Origin: an uncultured Verrucomicrobiota bacterium
GTDB lineage: Bacteria; Verrucomicrobiota; Kiritimatiellia; CAIKKV01; CAITUY01
DNA length: 64,000 bases
Reading direction: 5' to 3'
NCBI GenBank assembly: GCA_964535015.1
Contig: CAZHRU010000001.1
Location: 18,148-82,147 of the forward strand
In this document: piece after piece, positions 18,111 to 27,017 of the stretch
Layout of the letters: every line of letters begins with the position of its first letter
Position numbering within the stretch: position 1 is the first letter of the stretch
Program-made: the position numbers and the translations under genes
The notes under the pieces: model-generated
What the model was told of the DNA's origin: nothing
The model's input: only the letters and a program-made list of their open reading frames with translations
Database searches by the model: none

Positions 18111-18667
18111 ATCTAGTGCTGGCAGTGACGGGAGCGACGGGGGCGCGTGCGGCTGACGTCCTGGTGAAGAAGTCGCCATGGCCGGTGGCGCTGGTGGCGA
18201 GTGAGTGGGGGCGGAAGGTCTATGAACATGAATGCGGCCCTTTCTCGGCGCTCGAACACTCCGTCCAGGTTGTGCATGACAATGGCGATCTGTCGGCATC
18301 GGTCTCCTCGGGGTCTGTGCCGACTGCCGGGATGGTGGTCCTGCCTTGTTCGACCAACACGATGGCGAAGATCGCGCACGGGATGGGAGACTCTCTGATT
18401 ACCCGGGCGGCACATTGCCATCTCAAGGAAGGGCGGCGTCTGGTGCTATGCGTTCGGGAGTCGCCGTGGACCCTGATTGACATTGAGAATGCGCGCCTGA
18501 TCGCGGCGGCCGGGGGGATCATCATGCCGATGTCGCCGCCGTTTTACATGGCCGGAGGCAGGGATCTGGCGGCGGTTTCGGCCTTGGAGTTGTTAGAATC
18601 CATGATCGACCGGATCCTGGCGGTGTTGGGGCATGGGTTGGTCAAGACATGGGATGAGGTCCGATGA
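18107..18667 (+). CDS. ubiX: UbiX-family flavin prenyltransferase
   Basis: GTG at 18107 overlaps the upstream stop (GTGA). LAVTGATGA ... VVLPCSTNTMAKIAHGMGDSLITRAA ... RESPW. Confidence 0.85.
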   Translation: MNLVLAVTGATGARAADVLVKKSPWPVALVASEWGRKVYEHECGPFSALEHSVQVVHDNGDLSASVSSGSVPTAGMVVLPCSTNTMAKIAHGMGDSLITRAAHCHLKEGRRLVLCVRESPWTLIDIENARLIAAAGGIIMPMSPPFYMAGGRDLAAVSALELLESMIDRILAVLGHGLVKTWDEVR

Positions 18668-20439
18668 GCTTCGGGGACTTGCGTGAATTCATTGATCATC
18701 TTGAGCGGGCGAAGGAACTGGTTCGTATCCGCGCTGAGGTGGACTCCGACCAGGAGATCACGGTCATCCAGCATCGGGTGCTGGCGGCCGGGGGGCCGGC
18801 GTTGTTGTTTGAGAATGTGAAAGGGTCGCCCACCCGGTTGGTCTCGAATCTCTACGGGACGCCGCGCCGCGTGGAAATGGCGTTCGGACGTGATCCCGGT
18901 GCGATCGGGAATGAGTTGGCGACGCTCGCCGAACGGATGAAGGAACCGGGCCTTGGAGCGCTCTGGGAGCAGCGTCGGACCTTGTGGGGGTTGACCAAGG
19001 CCCGACTGCGCACGGTGGGTAGCGGACCGGTGCTCGACTGTGTTTCGGAACCGCCGGGCCTGACCCGGCTGCCGGTACTCAAGTGCTGGCCGCTTGATGG
19101 TGGTCGCTTCTTTACGCTGCCGCTTGTTCATACGACGGATCCCGAAACCGGCGACGGGAATCTGGGGATCTACCGGTTGCAACTCTATGATGATGCCAGT
19201 ACCGGGATGCACTGGCAGATCGAGAAGGGCGGGGGGTTCCATTTTCACAAGGCGAAGGCGCTGAACCGGCCGTTGCCGATCAGTGTGATTCTTGGCGGAC
19301 CGCCGGCGCTCACGCTTGCGGCCATTGCGCCGATGCCGGAGGGGTTCGATGAGCGGTTGCTGGCGGCCCTCATCATGGGCACGCCGTTGGAGGTCATTCG
19401 GAGGGGGCCGACGGGGCACCGGATTCCGGCGCGTGCTGAATTTGTGTTGGAAGGAACCGTGACGCCTGGTGACGTGCGGCGGGAGGGGCCATTCGGGGAT
19501 CACCTGGGTCACTATTCCCACAGCGCCGATTTTCCGGTCTATCGGGTGGATCGGTTACTGGCGCGGAGAGACGCCATCTATCCCGCCACGGTGGTGGGCA
19601 AACCGCCGCAGGAGGACTACTTTATCGGCGAGGCCCTGGAACGGCTCATGATGCCACTGTTGAAACTCGTCAAGCCGGGCATTAGCGATGTGTGGGCGTA
19701 CCCGGAGACGGGGTTCCATCCCTTGGCGGTATTGTCGGTACACGAGCGGTACGGGCGGGAGGGACTCAAGCAGGCGCTTGGACTGATGGGTGAGGGGCAG
19801 ATGTCGCTTTCCAAGGTGATGATGGTGGTTGATCACGATATTGATGTGCGCGACTTTGAGGCGGTCAGCCGGGCGATATGGCAGAATGTTGATACAACCG
19901 GGGATCTTCATGTGATCGGGCCGACGGCACAGGACACGCTCGATTTCACCGGGCCCTCGATGAACACGGGCAGCCGGTTGATCATTCTGGCGACCCGCCA
20001 TTCGACGGGGCCGCGACGGACGTGCCTGCCGCCACCGCCGCCCGCGCCGCGCGAGGTGCATCCGGGCATTCTGGCCATGGCCGCGCTGGGTCCGGCGTTT
20101 CTGATGGTCCAGGTGACGGAAGGGTGTGACCGGGCGGCGGTTCGAGGCGCGCTGGCTGGCCATCCTGCAACTGCTGGTTATTTGTTCCATGTACTGGTGT
20201 CCGCTGACGTGCCGGTGGATGACCGGCGAATGGCGTTATGGGGTTGGTTCACGCGGTTTGACCCGTTATTGGACCTGCACCCGGCGCGACGGGAGATGAC
20301 GGGGAACCGATTGACGTTACATACACCCATCGCGATTGATGCGACGTGGAAGCCGGGTTACCGCAAACCGGTCGCCTTCGATCCGGAAATTGAAAAGCGC
20401 GTGGATGCCCAATGGGGGCGCTACGGAATCCCTCTCTGA
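18664..20439 (+). CDS. ubiD: UbiD-family decarboxylase (menaquinone-associated)
   Basis: DLREFIDHLERAKELVRIRAEVD ... LLFENVKGS ... GIYRLQ. 591 aa. ATGA overlap with ubiX. Confidence 0.9.
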   Translation: MSFGDLREFIDHLERAKELVRIRAEVDSDQEITVIQHRVLAAGGPALLFENVKGSPTRLVSNLYGTPRRVEMAFGRDPGAIGNELATLAERMKEPGLGALWEQRRTLWGLTKARLRTVGSGPVLDCVSEPPGLTRLPVLKCWPLDGGRFFTLPLVHTTDPETGDGNLGIYRLQLYDDASTGMHWQIEKGGGFHFHKAKALNRPLPISVILGGPPALTLAAIAPMPEGFDERLLAALIMGTPLEVIRRGPTGHRIPARAEFVLEGTVTPGDVRREGPFGDHLGHYSHSADFPVYRVDRLLARRDAIYPATVVGKPPQEDYFIGEALERLMMPLLKLVKPGISDVWAYPETGFHPLAVLSVHERYGREGLKQALGLMGEGQMSLSKVMMVVDHDIDVRDFEAVSRAIWQNVDTTGDLHVIGPTAQDTLDFTGPSMNTGSRLIILATRHSTGPRRTCLPPPPPAPREVHPGILAMAALGPAFLMVQVTEGCDRAAVRGALAGHPATAGYLFHVLVSADVPVDDRRMALWGWFTRFDPLLDLHPARREMTGNRLTLHTPIAIDATWKPGYRKPVAFDPEIEKRVDAQWGRYGIPL

Positions 20440-20444
20440 TTGCC

Positions 20445-21185
20445 ATGAGCGCCCCTGTCAAATCGGAGGTTGCCCTTGCCGCAGACGACAACCGGCGTAT
20501 GTTTGATGCCATTGCCCGGCGGTATGATCTGCTGAATCATTTGATGTCCATGGGGTTGGACCGGCGGTGGCGCCGGGATGCGGTTAAGAGGTTCATTGAC
20601 AGTATGCCTGCTGGGTCTGGGAATAGGCGGGTCCTTGACGTCGGGTGCGGTACGGGAGATGTGACGATTGAAGTGGCTCGGCGATCGGGCGGGGTTTCTG
20701 TTCTCGGGATTGACCACTCCGCCAAGATGCTGGTCCTAGCCGGGAAGAAGGTGACTGAGGCCGGTTTGGCGGAGCGGGTGACACTGCAAGTTGGCGATGC
20801 AGTGGCGACGGGGGCCCCGGACGGTTCGTTTGATGGGGTCATTACGGCGTTTTGTTTCAGGAATATCAGCGACCGTCTGGCGTTTCTCAGGGAGACGGTG
20901 CGTGTTCTGAAACCGGGTTGTCCGTTGCTGATCCTGGAACTTACCCGGCCCCGTTCATGGGGGTGGCGTGTTTTGCATTTTATCTACAACGCCTGGACCG
21001 TGCCGTGTCTGGGGTTGTTGCTCTCGCAGGGCAGTGCGTACCGTTACCTCTTCAAGTCCATCGAGGCATTTCCGGAGCACGAGCAGGTTCTGAGCATGAT
21101 GAAAGATGCGGGGTTCGAGGCGGTTCGATGGACACCGCTGACAGGCGGCGTGGTGTCGTTATTTGAGGGGACGAGCGGGCGATGA
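20445..21185 (+). CDS. ubiE: Demethylmenaquinone/ubiquinone C-methyltransferase
   Basis: MFDAIARRYDLLNHLMSMGLDRRWRR plus the SAM motif VLDVGCGTGD. Confidence 0.85.
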   Translation: MSAPVKSEVALAADDNRRMFDAIARRYDLLNHLMSMGLDRRWRRDAVKRFIDSMPAGSGNRRVLDVGCGTGDVTIEVARRSGGVSVLGIDHSAKMLVLAGKKVTEAGLAERVTLQVGDAVATGAPDGSFDGVITAFCFRNISDRLAFLRETVRVLKPGCPLLILELTRPRSWGWRVLHFIYNAWTVPCLGLLLSQGSAYRYLFKSIEAFPEHEQVLSMMKDAGFEAVRWTPLTGGVVSLFEGTSGR

Positions 21186-22000
21186 AGTTCAACCACAAGC
21201 GACCTGAATTCCGTGAAGGTGAAGTCGTGGTGCCCGAGATGGAGGGGGGTGTCCGGTTTGGCGCCTCGGACTATGCCAATACGGTTCCCCTGCTGTACCG
21301 TCTCAAGGATGTGTTCCCGGGAGGGAGGCTGGTCAAGCGGGTGCCTTCGGCGATGCCAGGAATGCTTTACGGGGACAGTGTGGATGTGGCGTTGGTGCCG
21401 GTGGGGGCGCTGGTGGGGGATGACCGGCTGGAGAGGCTGCCGGGCGTTGGAGTTTGCGCGCGGGCGACGGTACGCAGTGTGCTCATCAAGTTATACAAAC
21501 CCCTTGATGAGGTAAGGCGGGTTCGGATGGATGCGGCATCTCGCACATCCAATGCGTTGGCGCGGATCATTTTTCAGCGACAGTACGGGATGCAAGTGGA
21601 GATGGTGGCGGCCGGCGATAGGACGCCGGTGGATGCGGAAGTCATGATTGGCGACAAGGCGTTGGGGGCGGCGCCAGCGCCGTATGGGGACTTCGATTTG
21701 GGGGAGGCTTGGAACCGGTTGACGGGCATGCCATTCGTTTTTGCCGTATGGGCTTGCAGGGCAGGGGACCCGCGCAACGGGGAGTATGCCGGGATCGTCC
21801 AGCGTGCGCGCGATGCCGGGGTGGCGGTGTTGCCGCAAATCATTGAGGAGGAAGCACGTCGGCTCGGGTTGGCACCTGAACGTTGCCGTCAGTATCTGGC
21901 GGAGTGCATCCACTACACCGTAGGCCAACGTGAAATCAACGCCATTGAGTTGTTCGGGACGATGATTCGTGAAGACGGCGTGGTAGGGGGGGCGGCATGA
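21182..22000 (+). CDS. mqnA: Chorismate dehydratase (futalosine pathway)
   Basis: GASDYANTVPLLYRL and PFVFAVWA patterns. Periplasmic-binding-protein-like fold family. Lies in the mqn operon. Confidence 0.8.
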   Translation: MKFNHKRPEFREGEVVVPEMEGGVRFGASDYANTVPLLYRLKDVFPGGRLVKRVPSAMPGMLYGDSVDVALVPVGALVGDDRLERLPGVGVCARATVRSVLIKLYKPLDEVRRVRMDAASRTSNALARIIFQRQYGMQVEMVAAGDRTPVDAEVMIGDKALGAAPAPYGDFDLGEAWNRLTGMPFVFAVWACRAGDPRNGEYAGIVQRARDAGVAVLPQIIEEEARRLGLAPERCRQYLAECIHYTVGQREINAIELFGTMIREDGVVGGAA

Positions 22001-24144
22001 GCAGGCTTTCGCGGGAGGAAGCGCTCGGGATGCTGAACTCCGCGGCATTGGCCGGGTTGGCGGGGCAGGCGGATGCCGAACGGGTGCGCCGGTATGGCCG
22101 ACGGGTTCACTACACGCACAGTTTGAACATCAATCCCACCAACGTGTGTGAGAATCGGTGCGAACTGTGTGCGTTCTGGCGGGAGCCCGGTGCTCCGGAT
22201 GCGTATGGGATGGACTTGGGTGAAGTTCGGCAACGTCTGGAGAAGGCCAGGGATCAGGGGTTGACTGAACTGCATGTGGTTGGAGGGTGCGCTCCTGCGT
22301 TCGGGTTGGCGTATCACCTGAACCTTTTCCGGATGGCGCGCGAGGTACTGCCCGGGGTTTTGGTGCAGGGTCTGACGGCGGTAGAGGTTGATTACCTGGC
22401 GCGGCGGGAACGGATTAGCCTGCGGGAGGTATTGGGGCAACTTCAGGCGGCCGGGTTGGGGTGCCTGCCCGGAGGCGGGGCGGAAATCTTCAATGAGTCG
22501 GTACGGGTCAGGATTTGCTCCCACAAGATATCAGGCGAGCAATGGTTGGCGGTGCATCGGGAGGCGCACCAGTTGGGGATGTCCACCAATGCGACCATGC
22601 TCTTCGGGCATTTGGAAACGGCGGAGGACATTGTCGATCATCTGGACCGGCTGAGGGCGTTGCAGGATGAAACGGGGGGATTCAAGGCGTTTGTGGCCTT
22701 GCCGTTCCATCCGACGGGGGCCCGACTGCCGGTCAGGTACGGGCCCGGCGGGAGTGTGGTGACGCGAGTAGTCGCCCTGGCCCGGCTGTATTTGGACAAC
22801 ATTCCGCACATTAGGGTGCTGGCCAACTATGTGGACCGCAAACTGCTCGGAGTCCTGGTGTATTCCGGTGTTGATGACGTGGGGCCGACGAGTCTGGATG
22901 AACGTATTGTGCGTGCGGCGGGAGCGCCGGATGCCCGCCGGTTGGCGGGAGCGGATGCCATGCGCGAGTTCCTGGAGAGTGTGGGGGGCGAACCGGTGCT
23001 GACCGAGAGTACGTATCGGAACGTTGATGCGTCAGGTGGAACGGTTCGCAGGGCGCAGGGGAGCGGCACGGTGAACGATGTGTTGGCCGATATACTGGCC
23101 GGGAAGCGGATTTCGGCTGAGCAGGCCGTTGTGTTGCACGAGCAGGCGGGACTCCATGAACTCGGGTTGGCGGCCCATCAGCGCCGGATGGCGGTGGTTC
23201 CGGGTTGTGAGGTGACGTATGTATTGGACCGCAACCTTTCGTTCACGAATGTCTGCGAAGCGGGTTGCCGGTTCTGTGCATTTCATGTCAAACCGGGTGC
23301 TGTCGGTGGTTTTCTGATGTCAATCGACGAGATTGTGAAGGTGGTGGTTGAGGCGGAGTCCGGAGGCGCCACGCAGATACTGATTCAGGGCGGGCTAAAT
23401 CCTGACTTGAAGATCGAGTTTTACGAGGAGATGTTCCGTGCCATAAAGCGTTGCACGGGTGTCTGGCTGCATTGCCTGTCGCCGGCGGAGATTCTTTTCC
23501 TGTCACGTCAGTCGGGGTTGACGGTGAAGGGAACCTTGGAACGGTTGGTGGCGGCGGGGCTTGATTCGCTGCCGGGGGGCGGGGCAGAGATACTCGTGGA
23601 TGAGGTTCGCCGAGAGGTGTCGCCCCACAAGATAACGGCGGGAGATTGGTTGCGTGTGATGGAAACGGCACACGAGGTGGGTCTGAAGGCGTCGGCCACG
23701 ATGGTCTACGGGTTTGGCGAGACGGCGGCACAACGGGTTCAGCATCTGATGTGCATCCGGGACTTGCAGGACCGGACGGGGGTTTTCACGGCGTTCATTC
23801 CGTGGAGTTTCCAGCCGGACAGGACGCTGATACAGCAACCGAAGGCCAACGGTCTCGACTATCTGCGGATGGTGGCACTGGCCAGACTGGTGCTTGATAA
23901 TGTGCCGCATGTTCAGGCCGGGTGGGTGACTGAGGGTCCTGACATGGCCCAACTGGCCCTGGACTACGGCGCGGATGATTTTGGCGGGGTTCTGATGGAG
24001 GAGAAAGTCGTCAAGGCGACAGGGGTCGGTTATGAGATTGCTTTGGACCATCTCATTGATCTGGTTCGGCAGATCGGAATGATACCGGTGCAACGAACGA
24101 CGCAGTATGGGGTGGTCAGGAGCCTGGAAAGCGTGAAAGCGTGA
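21997..24144 (+). CDS. Fusion of two radical-SAM enzymes: MqnE-like (aminofutalosine synthase) N-terminal half plus MqnC-like (cyclic dehypoxanthinyl futalosine synthase) C-terminal half
   Basis: Two CxxxCxxC motifs (NPTNVCENRCELCAFW and SFTNVCEAGCRFCAFH). Each is followed by LPGGGAEI and RxLQDxTG(G/V)F blocks. The second half has the QGG and IPWSFQP features I associate with MqnC. Confidence 0.8.
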   Translation: MSRLSREEALGMLNSAALAGLAGQADAERVRRYGRRVHYTHSLNINPTNVCENRCELCAFWREPGAPDAYGMDLGEVRQRLEKARDQGLTELHVVGGCAPAFGLAYHLNLFRMAREVLPGVLVQGLTAVEVDYLARRERISLREVLGQLQAAGLGCLPGGGAEIFNESVRVRICSHKISGEQWLAVHREAHQLGMSTNATMLFGHLETAEDIVDHLDRLRALQDETGGFKAFVALPFHPTGARLPVRYGPGGSVVTRVVALARLYLDNIPHIRVLANYVDRKLLGVLVYSGVDDVGPTSLDERIVRAAGAPDARRLAGADAMREFLESVGGEPVLTESTYRNVDASGGTVRRAQGSGTVNDVLADILAGKRISAEQAVVLHEQAGLHELGLAAHQRRMAVVPGCEVTYVLDRNLSFTNVCEAGCRFCAFHVKPGAVGGFLMSIDEIVKVVVEAESGGATQILIQGGLNPDLKIEFYEEMFRAIKRCTGVWLHCLSPAEILFLSRQSGLTVKGTLERLVAAGLDSLPGGGAEILVDEVRREVSPHKITAGDWLRVMETAHEVGLKASATMVYGFGETAAQRVQHLMCIRDLQDRTGVFTAFIPWSFQPDRTLIQQPKANGLDYLRMVALARLVLDNVPHVQAGWVTEGPDMAQLALDYGADDFGGVLMEEKVVKATGVGYEIALDHLIDLVRQIGMIPVQRTTQYGVVRSLESVKA

Positions 24145-24276
24145 AAGCTTTGTCGTTTTCTGCCTTGACGCAAGAGAGGTCTGTGCGAAACTCATTCCCT
24201 TTTCAGGGGCAGTCTCACGAATGACGTTGGGATGGATTGCAGGTAGACACTATCAACCGGTGGCGAGGATATTGAG

Positions 24277-25923
24277 ATGAACACGGACTCTGTGGAACGG
24301 GATACCATTGAAGTAGACATCCTATGCGTGGGGGCGGGGGTGGCGTCGCTGACGACGGCGCTTCGGTTACTCAGGCGGTGCCAGGAAAACAAGACTGACA
24401 AGCCCTCGATCATGATCATCGAGAAGGGTGCCGCGGTGGGTGGGCATGTGCTTTCCGGGGCGGTTATTGATCCGGAGCCGCTAAAGGAGTTGCTGACACC
24501 GGAGGAATATGCGGCGATGCCGGTGCAGACGTTGGTGAAGCGCGAACAGATACTCCGCCTGGCGGCGGGCGGTTCGATGCGGGTGCCGTGGGTGCCGTCG
24601 GAGATGCATTCACAGGGGTTGCCGATCGTTTCCCTCTCCCGGTTTGTGAAATGGTTGAGCGGCCTCGTCGAGGCCGCCGGGGCGGAGATTTACACCGATA
24701 TGTCCGGGGCGGAACTGCTTTGGGAGGGGGATCGTGTGGCGGGGGTGCGCCTGCGTGACCGAGGATGGGACAAGCATGGTCAGAAGCGGTCGCAGTTTGA
24801 GGCGGGCGCTGACATCCGCGCGAAGGTGGTTGTGCTTGGCGAAGGGGCGTCCGGTTACTTGACTGAGGGGTTGGTGGCGAAGAAGCATATGGCGGAGGGC
24901 AGGAACGCGCAGGCGTACGCCCTGGGGATCAAGGAGATTTTCAATGTTCCGGCAGCGCCTGAGCGCGTGGGCGAGGTCATTCATACGTTCGGTTATCCCT
25001 TGGATTCCGGCACCTACGGAGGTGGGTTTATTTATCGAGTGAGTGACACACGCGTGGCGGTGGGGCTTGTCACAGGACTGGACTACCGGCCAGCGGAACT
25101 CAACACCCATGAATTATTCCGGGCGTTCAAGGCGCATCCGGTGGTGGCGAAGGAAATTGCAGGGGGCGACGTGGTGTCCTATGGCGCCAAGGTTCTCCCC
25201 GAGGCGGGATACTTTGCGATTCCGGAATTGGTAACGGACGGGGCGGTTATCGTGGGCGACGGGGCGGGGCTGCTCGATTCCGTGCGGTTGAAGGGCGTAC
25301 ATATGGCGGTCTACTCCGGCATGGCCGCGGGCGATGCGTTGTGGGGTTGCTGGCAGAAGAAGGACTGGTCAACGACGTTGCTGAAGGAGTACCCGGCACG
25401 ACTTCAGACTAGCAAGGGATGGACTGACATTCGCAAGATTCGCAATGTACGTGCCTCCTTCAAGTTCGGGATGCTGCCGGGAATCATGGCCACGGGAATG
25501 AGTCTGGTGACGGGAGGGTGGTTACCGCCAGGGCGGGTGCGAAGGCGGCCGGACCATGAGGGGATGGCCCGAATCGGGGAAGGTTGCAAACTTCCGGTCC
25601 CGCCAAAGGCCAACAGTTCCAAGCAGCAACTCGATCTGCTGACGGACGTTTTTCATTCAGGGACCAAACACGAGGAGCATCAACCCTCGCACGTGCACAT
25701 CCTGGACAGGGGCGTGTGCCTGAAGTGCAAGGCGGAGTATGATGCGCCCTGTACGCGGTTTTGCCCGGCCCAGGTGTATGAATGGGACGAGGCAGAAAAG
25801 CAGGTTCGGGTTTCGTTCACGAACTGCCTGCACTGCAAGACCTGCCAGATCAAGAACCCGAAACGGAATATTGAATGGGTCACTCCTGAGGGCGGCGGCG
25901 GTCCGGCCTACACGGACATGTGA
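24277..25923 (+). CDS. Electron-transfer flavoprotein:quinone oxidoreductase (ETF-QO)
   Basis: FAD motif DILCVGAGVASL. C-terminal 4Fe-4S region CTRFCPAQVYEW...CLHCKTCQIKNP...EGGGGPAYTDM. Confidence 0.85.
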   Translation: MNTDSVERDTIEVDILCVGAGVASLTTALRLLRRCQENKTDKPSIMIIEKGAAVGGHVLSGAVIDPEPLKELLTPEEYAAMPVQTLVKREQILRLAAGGSMRVPWVPSEMHSQGLPIVSLSRFVKWLSGLVEAAGAEIYTDMSGAELLWEGDRVAGVRLRDRGWDKHGQKRSQFEAGADIRAKVVVLGEGASGYLTEGLVAKKHMAEGRNAQAYALGIKEIFNVPAAPERVGEVIHTFGYPLDSGTYGGGFIYRVSDTRVAVGLVTGLDYRPAELNTHELFRAFKAHPVVAKEIAGGDVVSYGAKVLPEAGYFAIPELVTDGAVIVGDGAGLLDSVRLKGVHMAVYSGMAAGDALWGCWQKKDWSTTLLKEYPARLQTSKGWTDIRKIRNVRASFKFGMLPGIMATGMSLVTGGWLPPGRVRRRPDHEGMARIGEGCKLPVPPKANSSKQQLDLLTDVFHSGTKHEEHQPSHVHILDRGVCLKCKAEYDAPCTRFCPAQVYEWDEAEKQVRVSFTNCLHCKTCQIKNPKRNIEWVTPEGGGGPAYTDM

Positions 25924-25933
25924 CCACCGGGCG

Positions 25934-27007
25934 TCAGCGCGGCAGTTTCATCTCCGATAACGTGACGTCCGGTTCGTGATAGCGGCGGAAGCATTTGGTC
26001 AACGTTGTGTAGGTGAAGGCGGCATTCACCGCGCGGGAACGCAGACCTACCCAGAAGATCAGGTATCCCAGAAACAGGATGGCAAGGTAGAAGGGGTACT
26101 GCAGGACCTGCAGAAGGCGGTCACTGGCGGTTACGGGCAACTGCGCCAGGACGGAGGTCAATCCAACCGCGATAACGGACAGGAGATAGGACATCGCCAT
26201 TCCCAGTAATACGGCCCACGAATGGCCCGCTTCCACCGCCTGCCGGGGGCACACGGACATGCAGCGCATGCAACTCTCACATTTCAGCGTCCAATAGGGG
26301 CGCCGCCGATCAGTCGAGCCGCGCCACACCACGCCTCCGTGCGGACAGCAGGCGACGCAAAGGCCGCACAGGTCGCAGCGGGAACTTGCAAAGAAAAGTT
26401 TGGCGAGCAGGAAACGTCCATACAGGAGGTAGCCAAATGACACGGGTAGTAAGAAGAGGCCCAAAAGTAGCGGCACAAACCCCATGAACCGTGTTCGCCC
26501 TTCCAGTAGGGGAACCAGGAAGTCTGCAGTCTTGGTGCGGGCGTGGTTGATGATGGACTCGACCTTTTCGGGGGCGAGAGCGGAGTGTACGGCGGTCCAG
26601 TTGACTGGCATATCCACACCGGCCACCCCCCGAACCCGGTACCCTCGAATGGCAAGAATCAGGGCGATCAGGTACCCGGCGGTTCCCTCCAATCCGGGAA
26701 TACGATATCCCCAGAACTGGGTCCCCCCCCGTGTAGCGACAACGAAGGCGGGAGTTCCCCGTCCCCAAGGCAGGCGGAACGCCAGTGAAAGTGCTGGCCA
26801 TGGCGCGGTAAACCCGTGGGTAGGCATGAGCATTGCCAGCAGGTTCCCCCGACCAGCGGTGTTCGGCAAGGGGTTGACGCCTGAACCGATTTGCAGCAGG
26901 TGGGTGGCCATGCCACGGTCATGCGCCAGGCGCTGCATCCACAAGGCGACCCGGTAGGTGTTACCCGTGCCGCTCATGAAATACAGGTTCAGGGTTTCCG
27001 GGGGCAC
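25934..27007 (-). CDS. Membrane-anchored flavodoxin-like / 2x[4Fe-4S] ferredoxin protein (EFR1-like)
   Basis: N-terminus LYFMSGTGNTYRVA (flavodoxin-like). Hydrophobic segments flank CDLCGLCVACCP and CESCMRCMSVCP. Its start is 10 nt after the ispG stop on the same strand. Confidence 0.6.
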   Translation of the reverse strand: MPPETLNLYFMSGTGNTYRVALWMQRLAHDRGMATHLLQIGSGVNPLPNTAGRGNLLAMLMPTHGFTAPWPALSLAFRLPWGRGTPAFVVATRGGTQFWGYRIPGLEGTAGYLIALILAIRGYRVRGVAGVDMPVNWTAVHSALAPEKVESIINHARTKTADFLVPLLEGRTRFMGFVPLLLGLFLLPVSFGYLLYGRFLLAKLFFASSRCDLCGLCVACCPHGGVVWRGSTDRRRPYWTLKCESCMRCMSVCPRQAVEAGHSWAVLLGMAMSYLLSVIAVGLTSVLAQLPVTASDRLLQVLQYPFYLAILFLGYLIFWVGLRSRAVNAAFTYTTLTKCFRRYHEPDVTLSEMKLPR

Positions 27008-27017
27008 GGGCCCTCCT

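Noticed and set aside
24261-24275. Sigma-54-like TGGCGAGGATATTGA before the ETF-QO gene
   Set aside because: It ends 1 nt before the ATG, leaving no room for a transcript leader or RBS, and its -12 element is TTGA.
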